Source: an uncultured Dehalococcoidia bacterium (GTDB lineage: Bacteria > Chloroflexota > Dehalococcoidia > Lucifugimonadales > UBA3495). Taken from it: a stretch of DNA of 64,000 bases. The notes below the pieces were generated by a model. The model made no database searches. It saw only the letters and a program-made list of their open reading frames with translations, and was not told where the DNA came from. Both the position numbers and the translations under genes were made by a program. Shown here one piece after another: positions 1 through 9,317 of the stretch (positions within the stretch are counted from its first letter, which is position 1; each line of letters starts with the position of its first letter). Where the stretch lies: the NCBI GenBank assembly GCA_950072105.1, contig CATMOE010000001.1, positions 1 to 64,000 on the forward strand, read 5' to 3'.

Positions 1-255
1 CCTTTCCACCTTCAGTTGGCCGATGTGCCGGTAGAGCTGAGAGATCTGGATGTCCTTGGCCTTCTCCTCTGACTTCCGGTCAGTGCCAAACAACCCTGGA
101 GCGCCCTCTATCAGGGCTCTTCTCCAGGTGTGTATCTGACTCGGGTGTACTTCGAACCGGCTGGCTAACTGAGCGATCGTCTCTTCGCCCAAGAATGCAG
201 ACAAGGCCACCTTGGCTTTGAAGGCTGGGCTGTGTTTCTTCCGTATCTGTTTCAT
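1..255 (-). CDS. IS3-family transposase OrfA (partial, not in ORF track)
   Basis: Manual translation MKQIRKKHSPAFKAKVALSAFLGEETIAQLASRFEVHPSQIHTWRRALIEGAPGLF...QLYRHIGQLKVER; HTH plus zipper pattern of IS3 OrfA; AAGGAG RBS. Confidence 0.92.
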   Translation of the reverse strand, partial: MKQIRKKHSPAFKAKVALSAFLGEETIAQLASRFEVHPSQIHTWRRALIEGAPGLFGTDRKSEEKAKDIQISQLYRHIGQLKVER

Positions 256-278
256 GTCCTGCTCCTTTTTTGCAATTC

Positions 279-330
279 TAGGAGCGGGACTCTCTCTTAG
301 CTACCTGTTCAAATCTCCCAGACCACCTCA
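279..330 (-). repeat. 52-bp IS end, copy 1
   Basis: 51/52 identical to 35678-35729. Confidence 0.95.
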
Positions 331-335
331 GTCTA

Positions 336-986
336 GTGCTAAGTGTGATGGCAGGGGGAATCGCCCTATACGGAAACTTCATTCCCGGCGTAAACGCCGC
401 CGGTAAGGATTCGACCGCCGTATTCGACCTTCAGGACCATGGCGGGGTGTTCGTGATGAATCCCCAGACCCGAGGCAGCTCCGACCTGGTCAGAACCGTC
501 GACAATATATCAATGAACATCGATACCACCGACCTCCCAATTGGCGCCTATACCGTATGGTGGGTCATCTTTAACAATCCCGCGGGATGTAGCGACGGTG
601 AGTGTGGCGAAAACGACGTTCTGCCACCCTTGGTCAACCCCGAGGCTGAGGTTTCGGTTCTCTGGGCGACCGGTGGAATCGTCGGTCCCGACCGCAGTGG
701 CCACTTTAGCGCCCGTCTCGGCGTGGGCAAGGACGCTGCTCCCGGGCAGGTCCTGTGGGGAGATGGGGTGACCGACCCGATGGACGCTGAGGTCCATATC
801 ATCGTGCGCTATCATGGCCCGGCCAAATGGGATGACGCCGAAACCTTGAAATCTCAGATGTACTCGTTCCAGGGTTTCTGTACCCCTGCAAGTTCGTTCG
901 ACATTGGGACGGACGAAAACGCATTCTCATGCTACGAGCCCCAGGCTACCATGCACTTGCCGTCGGCAGGTAGCATGTCCCCGTAA
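336..986 (+). CDS. Hypothetical exported protein, probably 5'-truncated by the IS
   Basis: 216-aa ORF with AYTVWWVIFNNP and Cys pairs; hydrophobic stretch and VNA-A cleavage-like site begin right at the IS junction. Confidence 0.7.
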   Translation: MLSVMAGGIALYGNFIPGVNAAGKDSTAVFDLQDHGGVFVMNPQTRGSSDLVRTVDNISMNIDTTDLPIGAYTVWWVIFNNPAGCSDGECGENDVLPPLVNPEAEVSVLWATGGIVGPDRSGHFSARLGVGKDAAPGQVLWGDGVTDPMDAEVHIIVRYHGPAKWDDAETLKSQMYSFQGFCTPASSFDIGTDENAFSCYEPQATMHLPSAGSMSP

Positions 987-1092
987 TTCTTTGGCCGATA
1001 CCTAGGCGGTATTGAACGAGGCTCGGTGTGTACGCGCATTGAGCCTCGTTTCTCATCCGGCGAAATGCATTGAAGCAAGGAACGGGAAACTG

Positions 1093-2343
1093 CTACACCT
1101 CGAATTTCCGAAACACTAGGCAGGCGTTCTGGCCGCCGAAGCCGAAGGCGTTGGAAAGGACCACTCGGACGTCCGACTGACGGGAGTGGTTGGGGACATA
1201 GTCCAAGTCGCATTCCGGATCCGGATCCTGGTAATTGATCGTCGGGTGGATGACGCCTTCGCTGATTGTTTTCAAGCAGGCCACGGCTTCCAAAGACCCC
1301 GAGGCGCCCAGGGAATGGCCGATCATAGATTTGGTGGAGCTGATGGGAATCTGATACGCCCGATCGCCGAACAGCTGTTTGATGGCCACCGTTTCCAGGG
1401 CGTCGTTCAGTGGAGTGGAAGTCCCGTGGGCGTTGATGTAGTCGACATCCTGGAGACCTACCCCCGCGTCTGATAACGCCAGCCGCATCGCCTCGGTCGC
1501 GCTGGCGCCTGACTCCTCAGGCTGCACCAAATGCCCGGCGTCGGAGGTGCAGCCAAACCCGGCTATCTCGCCAAGGATCACCGCGTTCCGTCCCAGGGCG
1601 TGCTCTAAACTCTCCAGAACCAAGATCGCCGAGCCTTCACTGGGAACGAATCCATCGCGGTTGGCATCGAAAGGACGGCTAGCCTTTTCAGGTTCCTCAT
1701 TGTGGGTGGTCAACGCCCGCATGACCGCGAATCCCGCCAATCCCAATTGGCTGATTCCGGCCTCCGTGCCGCCGGCCAGAATCACGTCCGCGGCGCCCCG
1801 GCGAATCACGTCCAACGCTTGGCCGATCGCCTGGTTTGACGAAGCGCAAGCCGTGGTGGCGGTAGCGTTATAGCCATGAGCTCCCACAAACCGGCTAACG
1901 TTGGCCGCGGCCATGTTGGGCAAGACCATGGGGAAGAAGAAGGGCGTCATGCGCATACCGCCCCGTTCCGCCAATACCCGGCAATTGTCCTCAAGAGTCG
2001 GGAAACCGCCGTTGCCGTTGCCCAGAACCACGCCAACCCGGTAGGGATCTTCCCGGGAGATATCCAGGCCGGCCGACTTCACTGCCGTCAAACCGGCGGC
2101 TACGGCCAGTTGGGAGAACCGGGCCATTCTCCTGGATTCTTTATTGTCCATATACTCGGCGGGATCGAAGTCTCTTACCTCGCCGGCGATTCGGCAAGGG
2201 TAATCGGTGGGGTCGCACAACGTCATCGGCCCGATGCCTGGTTTGCCGGCCACCAAGTTGGCCCAGAAAGCATCTGAGGTCTGCCCCAGCGGGGTCATCG
2301 CCCCCATGCCGGTGACTACAATCCTGGAACGGTCAGATGTCAC
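1093..2343 (-). CDS. fabF: 3-oxoacyl-ACP synthase II
   Basis: TACASS Cys, [25 protein letters not shown]. Confidence 0.95.
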   Translation of the reverse strand: MTSDRSRIVVTGMGAMTPLGQTSDAFWANLVAGKPGIGPMTLCDPTDYPCRIAGEVRDFDPAEYMDNKESRRMARFSQLAVAAGLTAVKSAGLDISREDPYRVGVVLGNGNGGFPTLEDNCRVLAERGGMRMTPFFFPMVLPNMAAANVSRFVGAHGYNATATTACASSNQAIGQALDVIRRGAADVILAGGTEAGISQLGLAGFAVMRALTTHNEEPEKASRPFDANRDGFVPSEGSAILVLESLEHALGRNAVILGEIAGFGCTSDAGHLVQPEESGASATEAMRLALSDAGVGLQDVDYINAHGTSTPLNDALETVAIKQLFGDRAYQIPISSTKSMIGHSLGASGSLEAVACLKTISEGVIHPTINYQDPDPECDLDYVPNHSRQSDVRVVLSNAFGFGGQNACLVFRKFEV

Positions 2344-2397
2344 GCCTCATTCTCCTTGGTAGGTCCAGTCCGCTCCGGAACGAATCCGGGAACTCCC

Positions 2398-3768
2398 CTA
2401 GCTAGTCCTCAAATCAGCGGGCAACAGGTCCGGGTACAGTTCTGGCTCTATCCCTAAGATTTCTTCCCTAACTTCCGCGGCCACAAAGAGTGAACCCGTA
2501 GCCAAGATCAGATCTCCTTCATCGGCCAGTTCCCGTGCCTGGGTCAACGCCTCGGCCAAGGTGTCGGTCTCCGTCACGTCGATGCCGTGTTCATTAAACA
2601 GGGATGCTATATGCACGGGGGGAGTGGACCTGGGGTGGCGAGACCGGGATGCGAAAACCACCGGGTTCATCTCCGCCAACCGGCTGACCATCTTGGCGAT
2701 GCTCTTATCACGGGAAAATCCTACCACCAAGAACAATCGCCGGAAATTAAGGTAGCATCCCAACGATTCCAGCAATGCATCCATGGAATATTCATTATGG
2801 GCACCGTCGACTACAGTGACGGGATCCCGGCCCAATACCTCCATCCGGCAAGGCCATACCACCTTCACAAACCCTTGCTGTATCGCTTCATCGGAGATCG
2901 GATGGCCCTGATCTTGCAGCGCTTCCAATGCGGCCACGGCGGTAGCGGCGTTTTCCAACTGGAATTTACCCAACAGGGGCACCCTCAGCTGGTAGGTATG
3001 GTCGCGGCCTGCCACCGTCATTTCTTGGCCGTCGATCGAAGAAGGACCCGGAGACCAGGTTACATCTTTGCCCACCAGGATAGGGGTGGCCGATAACGAA
3101 TGACACACATCCAGGATAACCGAAAGCGCTTCGGGTTTCTGGGGTGCGACTACAACCGTTCCTCCGGTTTTGATTATACCGGCCTTTTCCCGGGCGATCT
3201 CGCCGATTGTGTCTCCCAAGATTGCGGTATGGTCCAGGCTTATTGACGTGATGATAGACACACCGGCACTGACAACGTTGGTGGCGTCCAATCGACCTCC
3301 CAATCCAACCTCGATGATCTGGAAATCGGATTTATCTCCAGCGAAGCATTGGAACGCCATACCGGTCATGAATTCGAAGAGGGTTACCGGTCCCAGCCCT
3401 TCGTGCCGTCCGACCCACTCTTGATGGGGCCAAAGTTCTTCCACCAACCCGCTGAATTCCTCTTCGGAGATGGGGATCGTATTTCTACGTATGCGCTCCC
3501 GAAAGCTGTGCATGTGGGGCGACGAGTAGAATCCGGTACAGTATCCGGCGGCGTGCAAGGCGGAGTCGCAGAGAGCCGCGGTGCTGCCCTTGCCCTTAGT
3601 GCCGGCGACATGGATAGCAGAGGCGGCGTTATGAGGGTCGCCCAACCGATGGAGCAAGCGCTCTATCCGCCCCAGATCGAAGATTGCCTTCTGTCGGGGA
3701 CCAACCGGGTGGTTACGCTCGTGGTCGACCAGGGAGAGCAAGAGGTCGATGGCGTCGGGATATTTCAA
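2398..3768 (-). CDS. folC: Dihydrofolate synthase/folylpolyglutamate synthase
   Basis: HVAGTKGKGST, EVGLGGRLDATN, DGAHN, TGSLF. Confidence 0.95.
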   Translation of the reverse strand: MKYPDAIDLLLSLVDHERNHPVGPRQKAIFDLGRIERLLHRLGDPHNAASAIHVAGTKGKGSTAALCDSALHAAGYCTGFYSSPHMHSFRERIRRNTIPISEEEFSGLVEELWPHQEWVGRHEGLGPVTLFEFMTGMAFQCFAGDKSDFQIIEVGLGGRLDATNVVSAGVSIITSISLDHTAILGDTIGEIAREKAGIIKTGGTVVVAPQKPEALSVILDVCHSLSATPILVGKDVTWSPGPSSIDGQEMTVAGRDHTYQLRVPLLGKFQLENAATAVAALEALQDQGHPISDEAIQQGFVKVVWPCRMEVLGRDPVTVVDGAHNEYSMDALLESLGCYLNFRRLFLVVGFSRDKSIAKMVSRLAEMNPVVFASRSRHPRSTPPVHIASLFNEHGIDVTETDTLAEALTQARELADEGDLILATGSLFVAAEVREEILGIEPELYPDLLPADLRTS

Positions 3769-3805
3769 TGGATGCCCCTCCCTCCCCAGCTACCGGGCTA
3801 CCCGG

Positions 3806-4756
3806 CTAGTGGTCGCGAAGATGGGTGGGCATGGAGCCTAGAGCGATCTTGACACCGTCCCAGAAGCCCACCGATCTGATGAATTCTATGTTACCCTCCA
3901 GCGGCCTCGGGGTAAACCCAAAGGTCTCCTGGACGATAGAGGTTTCGGCCACGTTCCTGATTGCAATCATCTTCAATTGGTCCGTGGTTACCGGCGGCCT
4001 TGACACCACCTTCTGAAGTATCACCGTGGCGATGTACATCATCCATACCGGCACATGTAGACGCAACCGTCGCTTGCCCAACGTCCGGGCTATCAGCGAG
4101 ATCACTTCGTTATAGCTTAGCTGATCAGGTCCCCCGATCTCCACAATCTTGCCCTTCAGATCTTCCCGGTCCACTGTCAGCGCCAGGCACCGGGCCATGT
4201 CTGCCACTGCGATGGGTTGGAAACGGTTTCTGCCCGTTCCGGGCACCGGTACCACTGGTGTTGTTTTTACCAACCCAGCCAGCGTGTTCAGAAATTCGTC
4301 CCCGGGGCCGAACATTATGGAAGGCCTTACGATCGTATAGGACAATCCACTGTTTACCACCTCCTGATCTCCCCGCCACTTGCTATATAAGTAGGGATAC
4401 CCGGCGTCATTGGTGGCGCCCAGAGCACTAACTTGTATGAAGTGCTTGACCCCGACTTCCTTGGCGGCCGCGACAACGTTGGCTACGCCTTGCCGGTTGA
4501 TCAGGTCGTAAGTCCGGTTTCGTGACCTTCGGATGATTCCCACCAGGTGAATCACCGCCTCAACGTCGTAGAACGCTCCCGCCAATGCTTCGGGATCGCT
4601 GACACTGCCATAATGGACCTCAACCGACCGGTCGGGGAACATGCGTTCATTGCCCGGGGTATGGACCAGGCAGCGGACGCGATGATGATGCTCCTGCAGC
4701 TCGCGGACCACGGCCCGGCCCAAAAAACCGGTGGCTCCTGTTACCAAAACCAGCAT
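3806..4756 (-). CDS. NDUFA9-like NAD(P)-dependent epimerase/dehydratase
   Basis: VTGATGFLG, YLYSK, RPSIMFG, FQPIAVAD. Confidence 0.88.
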   Translation of the reverse strand: MLVLVTGATGFLGRAVVRELQEHHHRVRCLVHTPGNERMFPDRSVEVHYGSVSDPEALAGAFYDVEAVIHLVGIIRRSRNRTYDLINRQGVANVVAAAKEVGVKHFIQVSALGATNDAGYPYLYSKWRGDQEVVNSGLSYTIVRPSIMFGPGDEFLNTLAGLVKTTPVVPVPGTGRNRFQPIAVADMARCLALTVDREDLKGKIVEIGGPDQLSYNEVISLIARTLGKRRLRLHVPVWMMYIATVILQKVVSRPPVTTDQLKMIAIRNVAETSIVQETFGFTPRPLEGNIEFIRSVGFWDGVKIALGSMPTHLRDH

Positions 4757-4928
4757 TACCGCATAATCACCTTATTGGACTTCGAAGCCATTGCCTAGTA
4801 AATTTTAAAAATACAAACCAACAAAAGGAAGACCTATACGTCTGGTTATTATAATATAGGATCGAATATCGGTCCGCAATTTGACTCATTGTGGGGCCTG
4901 GGCATCTCAAGGCGGAGGACCTGTACCT

Positions 4929-5879
4929 ATGGCAGACACCAAGTTGCACTTCGGCGCCGGTATGGCTCATGGGGCGGCGGAGACGGCCCGCGATGCCAGG
5001 TGGATGGAGGAGTTGGGCTTCGAGTACTTCGCCGCCGGCGAGCATTACATGCGCGGTAACCCGCCCGGTCCCACTCACGCCTCGTTACCGCTGTTGGCAG
5101 TGGCAGCCGGGGCGACCGATAATATCCGCGTTCTCTCCTCCATTTTGTTGGCGCCATTTTACCATCCAACTGTTCTTGCCAAATTGACGAATACACTGGA
5201 CATCGCGTCGGGCGGACGGCTGACCTTGGGCGTAGGAGTCGGCGGCGAATTTCCCGTGGAGTTCGAAGCAGCCGGACTGAACGTCAAACAAAGAGGACGA
5301 ATGACCAACGAATGTCTAGAGGTACTTCGCCGCCTTTGGACCGAGGAGAACGTGTCCTATCAAGGACGGCATTTCCAGTTGAATGACGTAACCGTCATAC
5401 CACATCCGGCGCAAAAGCCCCATCCACCGATCTGGGTGTCGGGACGCCGAGAACCCGCCATGCTCCGGGCCGCGAAATTTGGCGACGGCTGGATGCCCTA
5501 CTTCTACGACCCGGATCGATACCGATCCAGCGTGGCTACTATCACCGGATTCGCCACGGAACAAAACCGGGACCTGACCGATTTCCAGTGGGCCTATTTT
5601 CCTTACGTTTCGATATACGACACGGTCAAGCAGGCGGCGGAAGTGGCCGCGGAAGCCTTAGGCGGCCGCTACCTGTATGGGGGTGGTTTCAGAGACATCG
5701 TGGAAAAATACTGCCTACTGGGCCCGGTGGAAAGTTGCATCACCCGTATCCAGGAATATATCGACGCGGGCGCCCGCCATATCGTATTCAGCGTCGCCTG
5801 CCCAAGGGAAGACCGTACTCGGCATTTGGAGACCATCGCCAAAGAAATCATCCCGCATTTTAGAGAACGTGGGATTTGA
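4929..5879 (+). CDS. LLM-class flavin-dependent oxidoreductase
   Basis: GEHY, LDIASGGRLTLGVGVG, PHPPIWVSG; ATG 4929 after GGAGGA. Confidence 0.92.
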   Translation: MADTKLHFGAGMAHGAAETARDARWMEELGFEYFAAGEHYMRGNPPGPTHASLPLLAVAAGATDNIRVLSSILLAPFYHPTVLAKLTNTLDIASGGRLTLGVGVGGEFPVEFEAAGLNVKQRGRMTNECLEVLRRLWTEENVSYQGRHFQLNDVTVIPHPAQKPHPPIWVSGRREPAMLRAAKFGDGWMPYFYDPDRYRSSVATITGFATEQNRDLTDFQWAYFPYVSIYDTVKQAAEVAAEALGGRYLYGGGFRDIVEKYCLLGPVESCITRIQEYIDAGARHIVFSVACPREDRTRHLETIAKEIIPHFRERGI

Positions 5880-6112
5880 GCACATTTCTGGGATACACAA
5901 ACCTACACATTGGCTGCTAAGAATTCACTACTTGCTGTTTTATTCGACTGAATCCGGTATAATACAGTCTATGCTGGCACTAGATGCGGCAATTCCGTTT
6001 ACTGATTTCACCTGCGGGCCGGCTCAAAAAGTCATATCCGTCAGGTTTTCTTCTTGGGGATTTGAATCTTGACACAGGTGGGCTCAAGTGGTGAGCCTTC
6101 GTAGGAGGGACT

Positions 6113-7915
6113 GTGGTAGTAACGTCAAGAATCAAGAAAGTCGTGCTGTTACAACCGGCGTCTGCCGGTGGAAATTTTGAGTACATCGCCATTCCCCGTC
6201 AAGGGATGTTGTTCCTCTCGGGCGCTCTAGCTCAATGGGAGGGCGAATTCCTGTACGAGCGGGATATCTGGTTTGAAGATCGGTGCGGTGTGATCGACCC
6301 GGATAAAGACCTGGATGGCATTGACATCTTGATGGTGACGGCGCTGATCAATGAGGCGCCCCGTGGCTATCAGATCGCCAGGCAGGCCAAACAATATCAT
6401 CCGGAGATTATTACCATCGGAGGCGGCCCTCAGATGGGACCGCTTACCGACGAGGCCTTCGACAACGGCGATTTCGATGTTGTAGTGCAACGGGAGGCCG
6501 AGGACATCATCGGTCAACTGTGCGACATACTACTAACCCGCAAGCCCGGCGAGCGGGAAGCTTACCTAGACAAAGTGCCCGGCATCAGCTACCAACGAGA
6601 CGGCCAATTGGTTCAAACTCGCCGGTCTGGCTTGATAAATCCCGACTTTGTGGAGTTGCCGGACTTCCGCTCCATCAGAGACCTGACGGCCGAGAACCCC
6701 ATGGCCGGCGGTGTGATTGAGACGACCCGGGGCTGCACCGAAAAATGCACCTACTGCCAAGTAATTCAGCAGTTCTTGGGCTATCGGTTGGTTTCCCGCG
6801 AAACTGAGATTAAACGTCTGACTCAGATGACCGAAATGGCGGCAGACGGATTGATTCACTCCAGGAATGGCAAATTCCAGGTATTTATCTCCGACGATCT
6901 GCACCCGCCGCCTTTGAGAGCGGTAAAATACCGTGACGAGCGCCTTGCCCGGTTACAGTCTTGGAAAGACCACACCCAAAACATGTACATGATTTGTCAG
7001 GCGCGAGCCGAGATTGGACAGGACCCCGAGCTTGCTAACGCCATGCTGGAAGCCAATATCAAGATGGCGTACATCGGCGTGGAGTCTGACAACGCGGAAA
7101 ACTTGAAACTGGTGAACAAGCGTCAAGAGCCAGGCCAGATGCATACCGACCTGGTGGCTCTGAACGATATGGGCTTCTCCTTAGTAGCAATGACGATAAT
7201 CGGTCTTCCCTACGATACAGAAGAAAGCATCATGGCATTGGCCGACTGGGTGACTCAGGTTAGCAAGTACCAGACAGTAAACTTCCTCACGCCCCTTCCG
7301 GCAACGTCTAACTGGGACGACTTGGTCCCGCTGGACGAAAACGGCGACCTTCTTGCCGAAGGGCAGATGCGGCCTTATCACCTATATACCGGACGGCAGT
7401 TTGTTCATTACGACGAGCGCTGGACCATGGCGGAAACGAGGGACCTGTTTGACCAGTATTCAGCCAGGCTGACCCCGGTGGACGACCTGTACAGGCGTAT
7501 CTTCCGGATCCTCCGGAACTATCGGCTGCGTCTGGCATCCACCAGCCGTGACCTGGGAGACAGCATCACCGCCCGGTTGGCGGACGCCACCGATAGCTTA
7601 AAGAGTTGGTCGGACCCGGTGTCAATGGCCGGACGTGAGTTCGGCGAAAACATCTCCCAACGGGTGGGCGAACTGGGGGAGAAGCTGCGGTCCGTGTCCC
7701 AGCCCCTGGCGAACGCACGCCGGGAAGTGGTAGAAAACATCGGAGCCGACATCAGCGAATTGGCCGATTCATTGAAAGACCTTTCCGGCCCGGTCAACGC
7801 CGGCAGCAGCGAACTTGCGGCGAGTATATCAGGCCGGATCAACGACCTTACCGAAATGCTGAATACCGTGATGTCCGAATCGGGCCGCGGCAGGACCACT
7901 ACCACAAGCGACTAA
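6113..7915 (+). CDS. B12-binding radical SAM protein with C-terminal helical repeat tail
   Basis: TIGGGPQ N-terminal domain, ETTRGCTEKCTYC (CxxxCxxC), IGVES, IIGLPYDT, LTPLPAT; AGGAGG RBS. Confidence 0.9.
   Translation: MVVTSRIKKVVLLQPASAGGNFEYIAIPRQGMLFLSGALAQWEGEFLYERDIWFEDRCGVIDPDKDLDGIDILMVTALINEAPRGYQIARQAKQYHPEIITIGGGPQMGPLTDEAFDNGDFDVVVQREAEDIIGQLCDILLTRKPGEREAYLDKVPGISYQRDGQLVQTRRSGLINPDFVELPDFRSIRDLTAENPMAGGVIETTRGCTEKCTYCQVIQQFLGYRLVSRETEIKRLTQMTEMAADGLIHSRNGKFQVFISDDLHPPPLRAVKYRDERLARLQSWKDHTQNMYMICQARAEIGQDPELANAMLEANIKMAYIGVESDNAENLKLVNKRQEPGQMHTDLVALNDMGFSLVAMTIIGLPYDTEESIMALADWVTQVSKYQTVNFLTPLPATSNWDDLVPLDENGDLLAEGQMRPYHLYTGRQFVHYDERWTMAETRDLFDQYSARLTPVDDLYRRIFRILRNYRLRLASTSRDLGDSITARLADATDSLKSWSDPVSMAGREFGENISQRVGELGEKLRSVSQPLANARREVVENIGADISELADSLKDLSGPVNAGSSELAASISGRINDLTEMLNTVMSESGRGRTTTTSD
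7541..7888 (+). repeat. Four tandem 29-aa amphipathic helical repeats
   Basis: TSRDLGDSITARLADATDSLKSWSDPVSM / AGREFGENISQRVGELGEKLRSVSQPLAN / ARREVVENIGADISELADSLKDLSGPVNA / GSSELAASISGRINDLTEMLNTVMSESGR align without gaps. Confidence 0.85.
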
Positions 7916-8055
7916 CTTAGATCGGGCTCTGGAATCACCTGAAACCACCGGCGGCGCTGGTGCTGAAGTGTTAGGGGAGAGGCGGCTGTGACAGTCCATG
8001 CGTTCCTGATAGTTCATGTTACGTGGCTGGCGTTAGATCATCTGCCTGGATTGAA

Positions 8056-9309
8056 ATGAACGAACTTCGCCGTGTATTTATCACCGGCCTCGGCGTCATA
8101 AGCTCCTTGGGTCTCGACGTGGCCACCACCTGGGAAAATCTGGTGGCTGGACGCTCTGGCATCGACACCATCACGGCCTTCGACGCCGAAGCTTTCGATA
8201 CTCACTTCGCCGGTGAGGTGAAAGGGTTCGACGCCCAGAACTACCTGGACCGCAAAGAAGCCCGCCGCATGGACCGATTTGCCCAGTTGGCTGCCGTGGC
8301 CGCGAAAGAAGCCTGCCAACAAGCTCATCTGGCCCCCAAAAATGGCGACCCCTATCGGGTGGGCGTCATCATCGGGAGCGGGATTGGCGGCATCATTACG
8401 CTATCACAGCAATTTGAGGTATTGAGCGCGCGGGGTCCGAAACGGGTGAGCCCATTTTTGATTCCCATGATGCTGGCCGATATGGCTTCGGCCCAGGTTT
8501 CCATGGTTACCGGGGCAATGGGCGCCAACTACTGCCTAGTCTCCTCCTGCTCCAGCGGCGCCGATGCTTTAGGGCAAGCCTGGGAGATGATTCGCCGCGG
8601 CCAAGAGGACGTGATGCTGGCCGGCGGTAGCGAGGCGCCGATATTTCCCATCGCCGTCGCCGGATTCAATTCCATGCGCGCCCTCTCCCGGTTCAACGAG
8701 AACCCTCAGAAGGCGAGCCGCCCGTTCGACGCTGCCCGGGATGGGTTTGTGATGGCTGAAGGGGCTGCGGTACTGGTCCTAGAAAGCCAGCAGAGCGCCG
8801 AAGCGCGCGGGGTCACGCCACTGGCAGAATTACTGGGATACGGCGCCACTTCCGACGCTCACCACTTAACCGAGCCCGGACCCAGCGGGCAGAGCGCCGC
8901 CAAAGCCATCGGATTGGCTTTGAAAGCCGCGGACGTCAAACCGTCGGACTTGGATTACTTAAACGCCCACGGCACGTCTACGCCATTGAATGACCGATCG
9001 GAAACAAAGGCCGTTAAGTTGGCTCTGGGAGAGCACGCTTACCGAGTGCCCATGAGTTCCACCAAATCCATGACTGGCCATCTTCTTGGAGCAGGCGGGG
9101 CTTTAGAGGCGACGTTCTGCATCATGGCGATACAAAACGGGATCGTTCCACCGACCATCAATCTGGAGACGCCGGACCCAGATTGCGATCTTGACTACAC
9201 TCCCAACAAAGCCAAACATAAGCAGATCGACGTGGCCATGAGCAACTCATTCGGTTTCGGTGGCCACAACTCCGTCCTGGTGTTTGCCAATCCAGACCAT
9301 CGAGCCTGA
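8056..9309 (+). CDS. fabF: 3-oxoacyl-ACP synthase II (second paralogue)
   Basis: SSCSSG Cys, YLNAHGTST, SMTGHLLGA, NSFGFGG. Confidence 0.95.
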   Translation: MNELRRVFITGLGVISSLGLDVATTWENLVAGRSGIDTITAFDAEAFDTHFAGEVKGFDAQNYLDRKEARRMDRFAQLAAVAAKEACQQAHLAPKNGDPYRVGVIIGSGIGGIITLSQQFEVLSARGPKRVSPFLIPMMLADMASAQVSMVTGAMGANYCLVSSCSSGADALGQAWEMIRRGQEDVMLAGGSEAPIFPIAVAGFNSMRALSRFNENPQKASRPFDAARDGFVMAEGAAVLVLESQQSAEARGVTPLAELLGYGATSDAHHLTEPGPSGQSAAKAIGLALKAADVKPSDLDYLNAHGTSTPLNDRSETKAVKLALGEHAYRVPMSSTKSMTGHLLGAGGALEATFCIMAIQNGIVPPTINLETPDPDCDLDYTPNKAKHKQIDVAMSNSFGFGGHNSVLVFANPDHRA

Positions 9310-9317
9310 CGCCCAGC

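Larger units (their letters stand above)
1..330 (-). mobile_element. IS3-family insertion sequence, left end (runs off window start)
   Basis: Minus strand starts TGAGGTGGTCTGGGAGATTTGAACAGGTAGCTAAGAGAG at 330 (5'-TG end resembling the IS3 IRL), followed by an RBS and an orfA-type transposase. Confidence 0.9.

Noticed and set aside
212..406. 64-aa ORF sharing GAGLSLSYLFK with ORF 35467
   Set aside because: It is the antisense translation of the IS end, not a protein motif.
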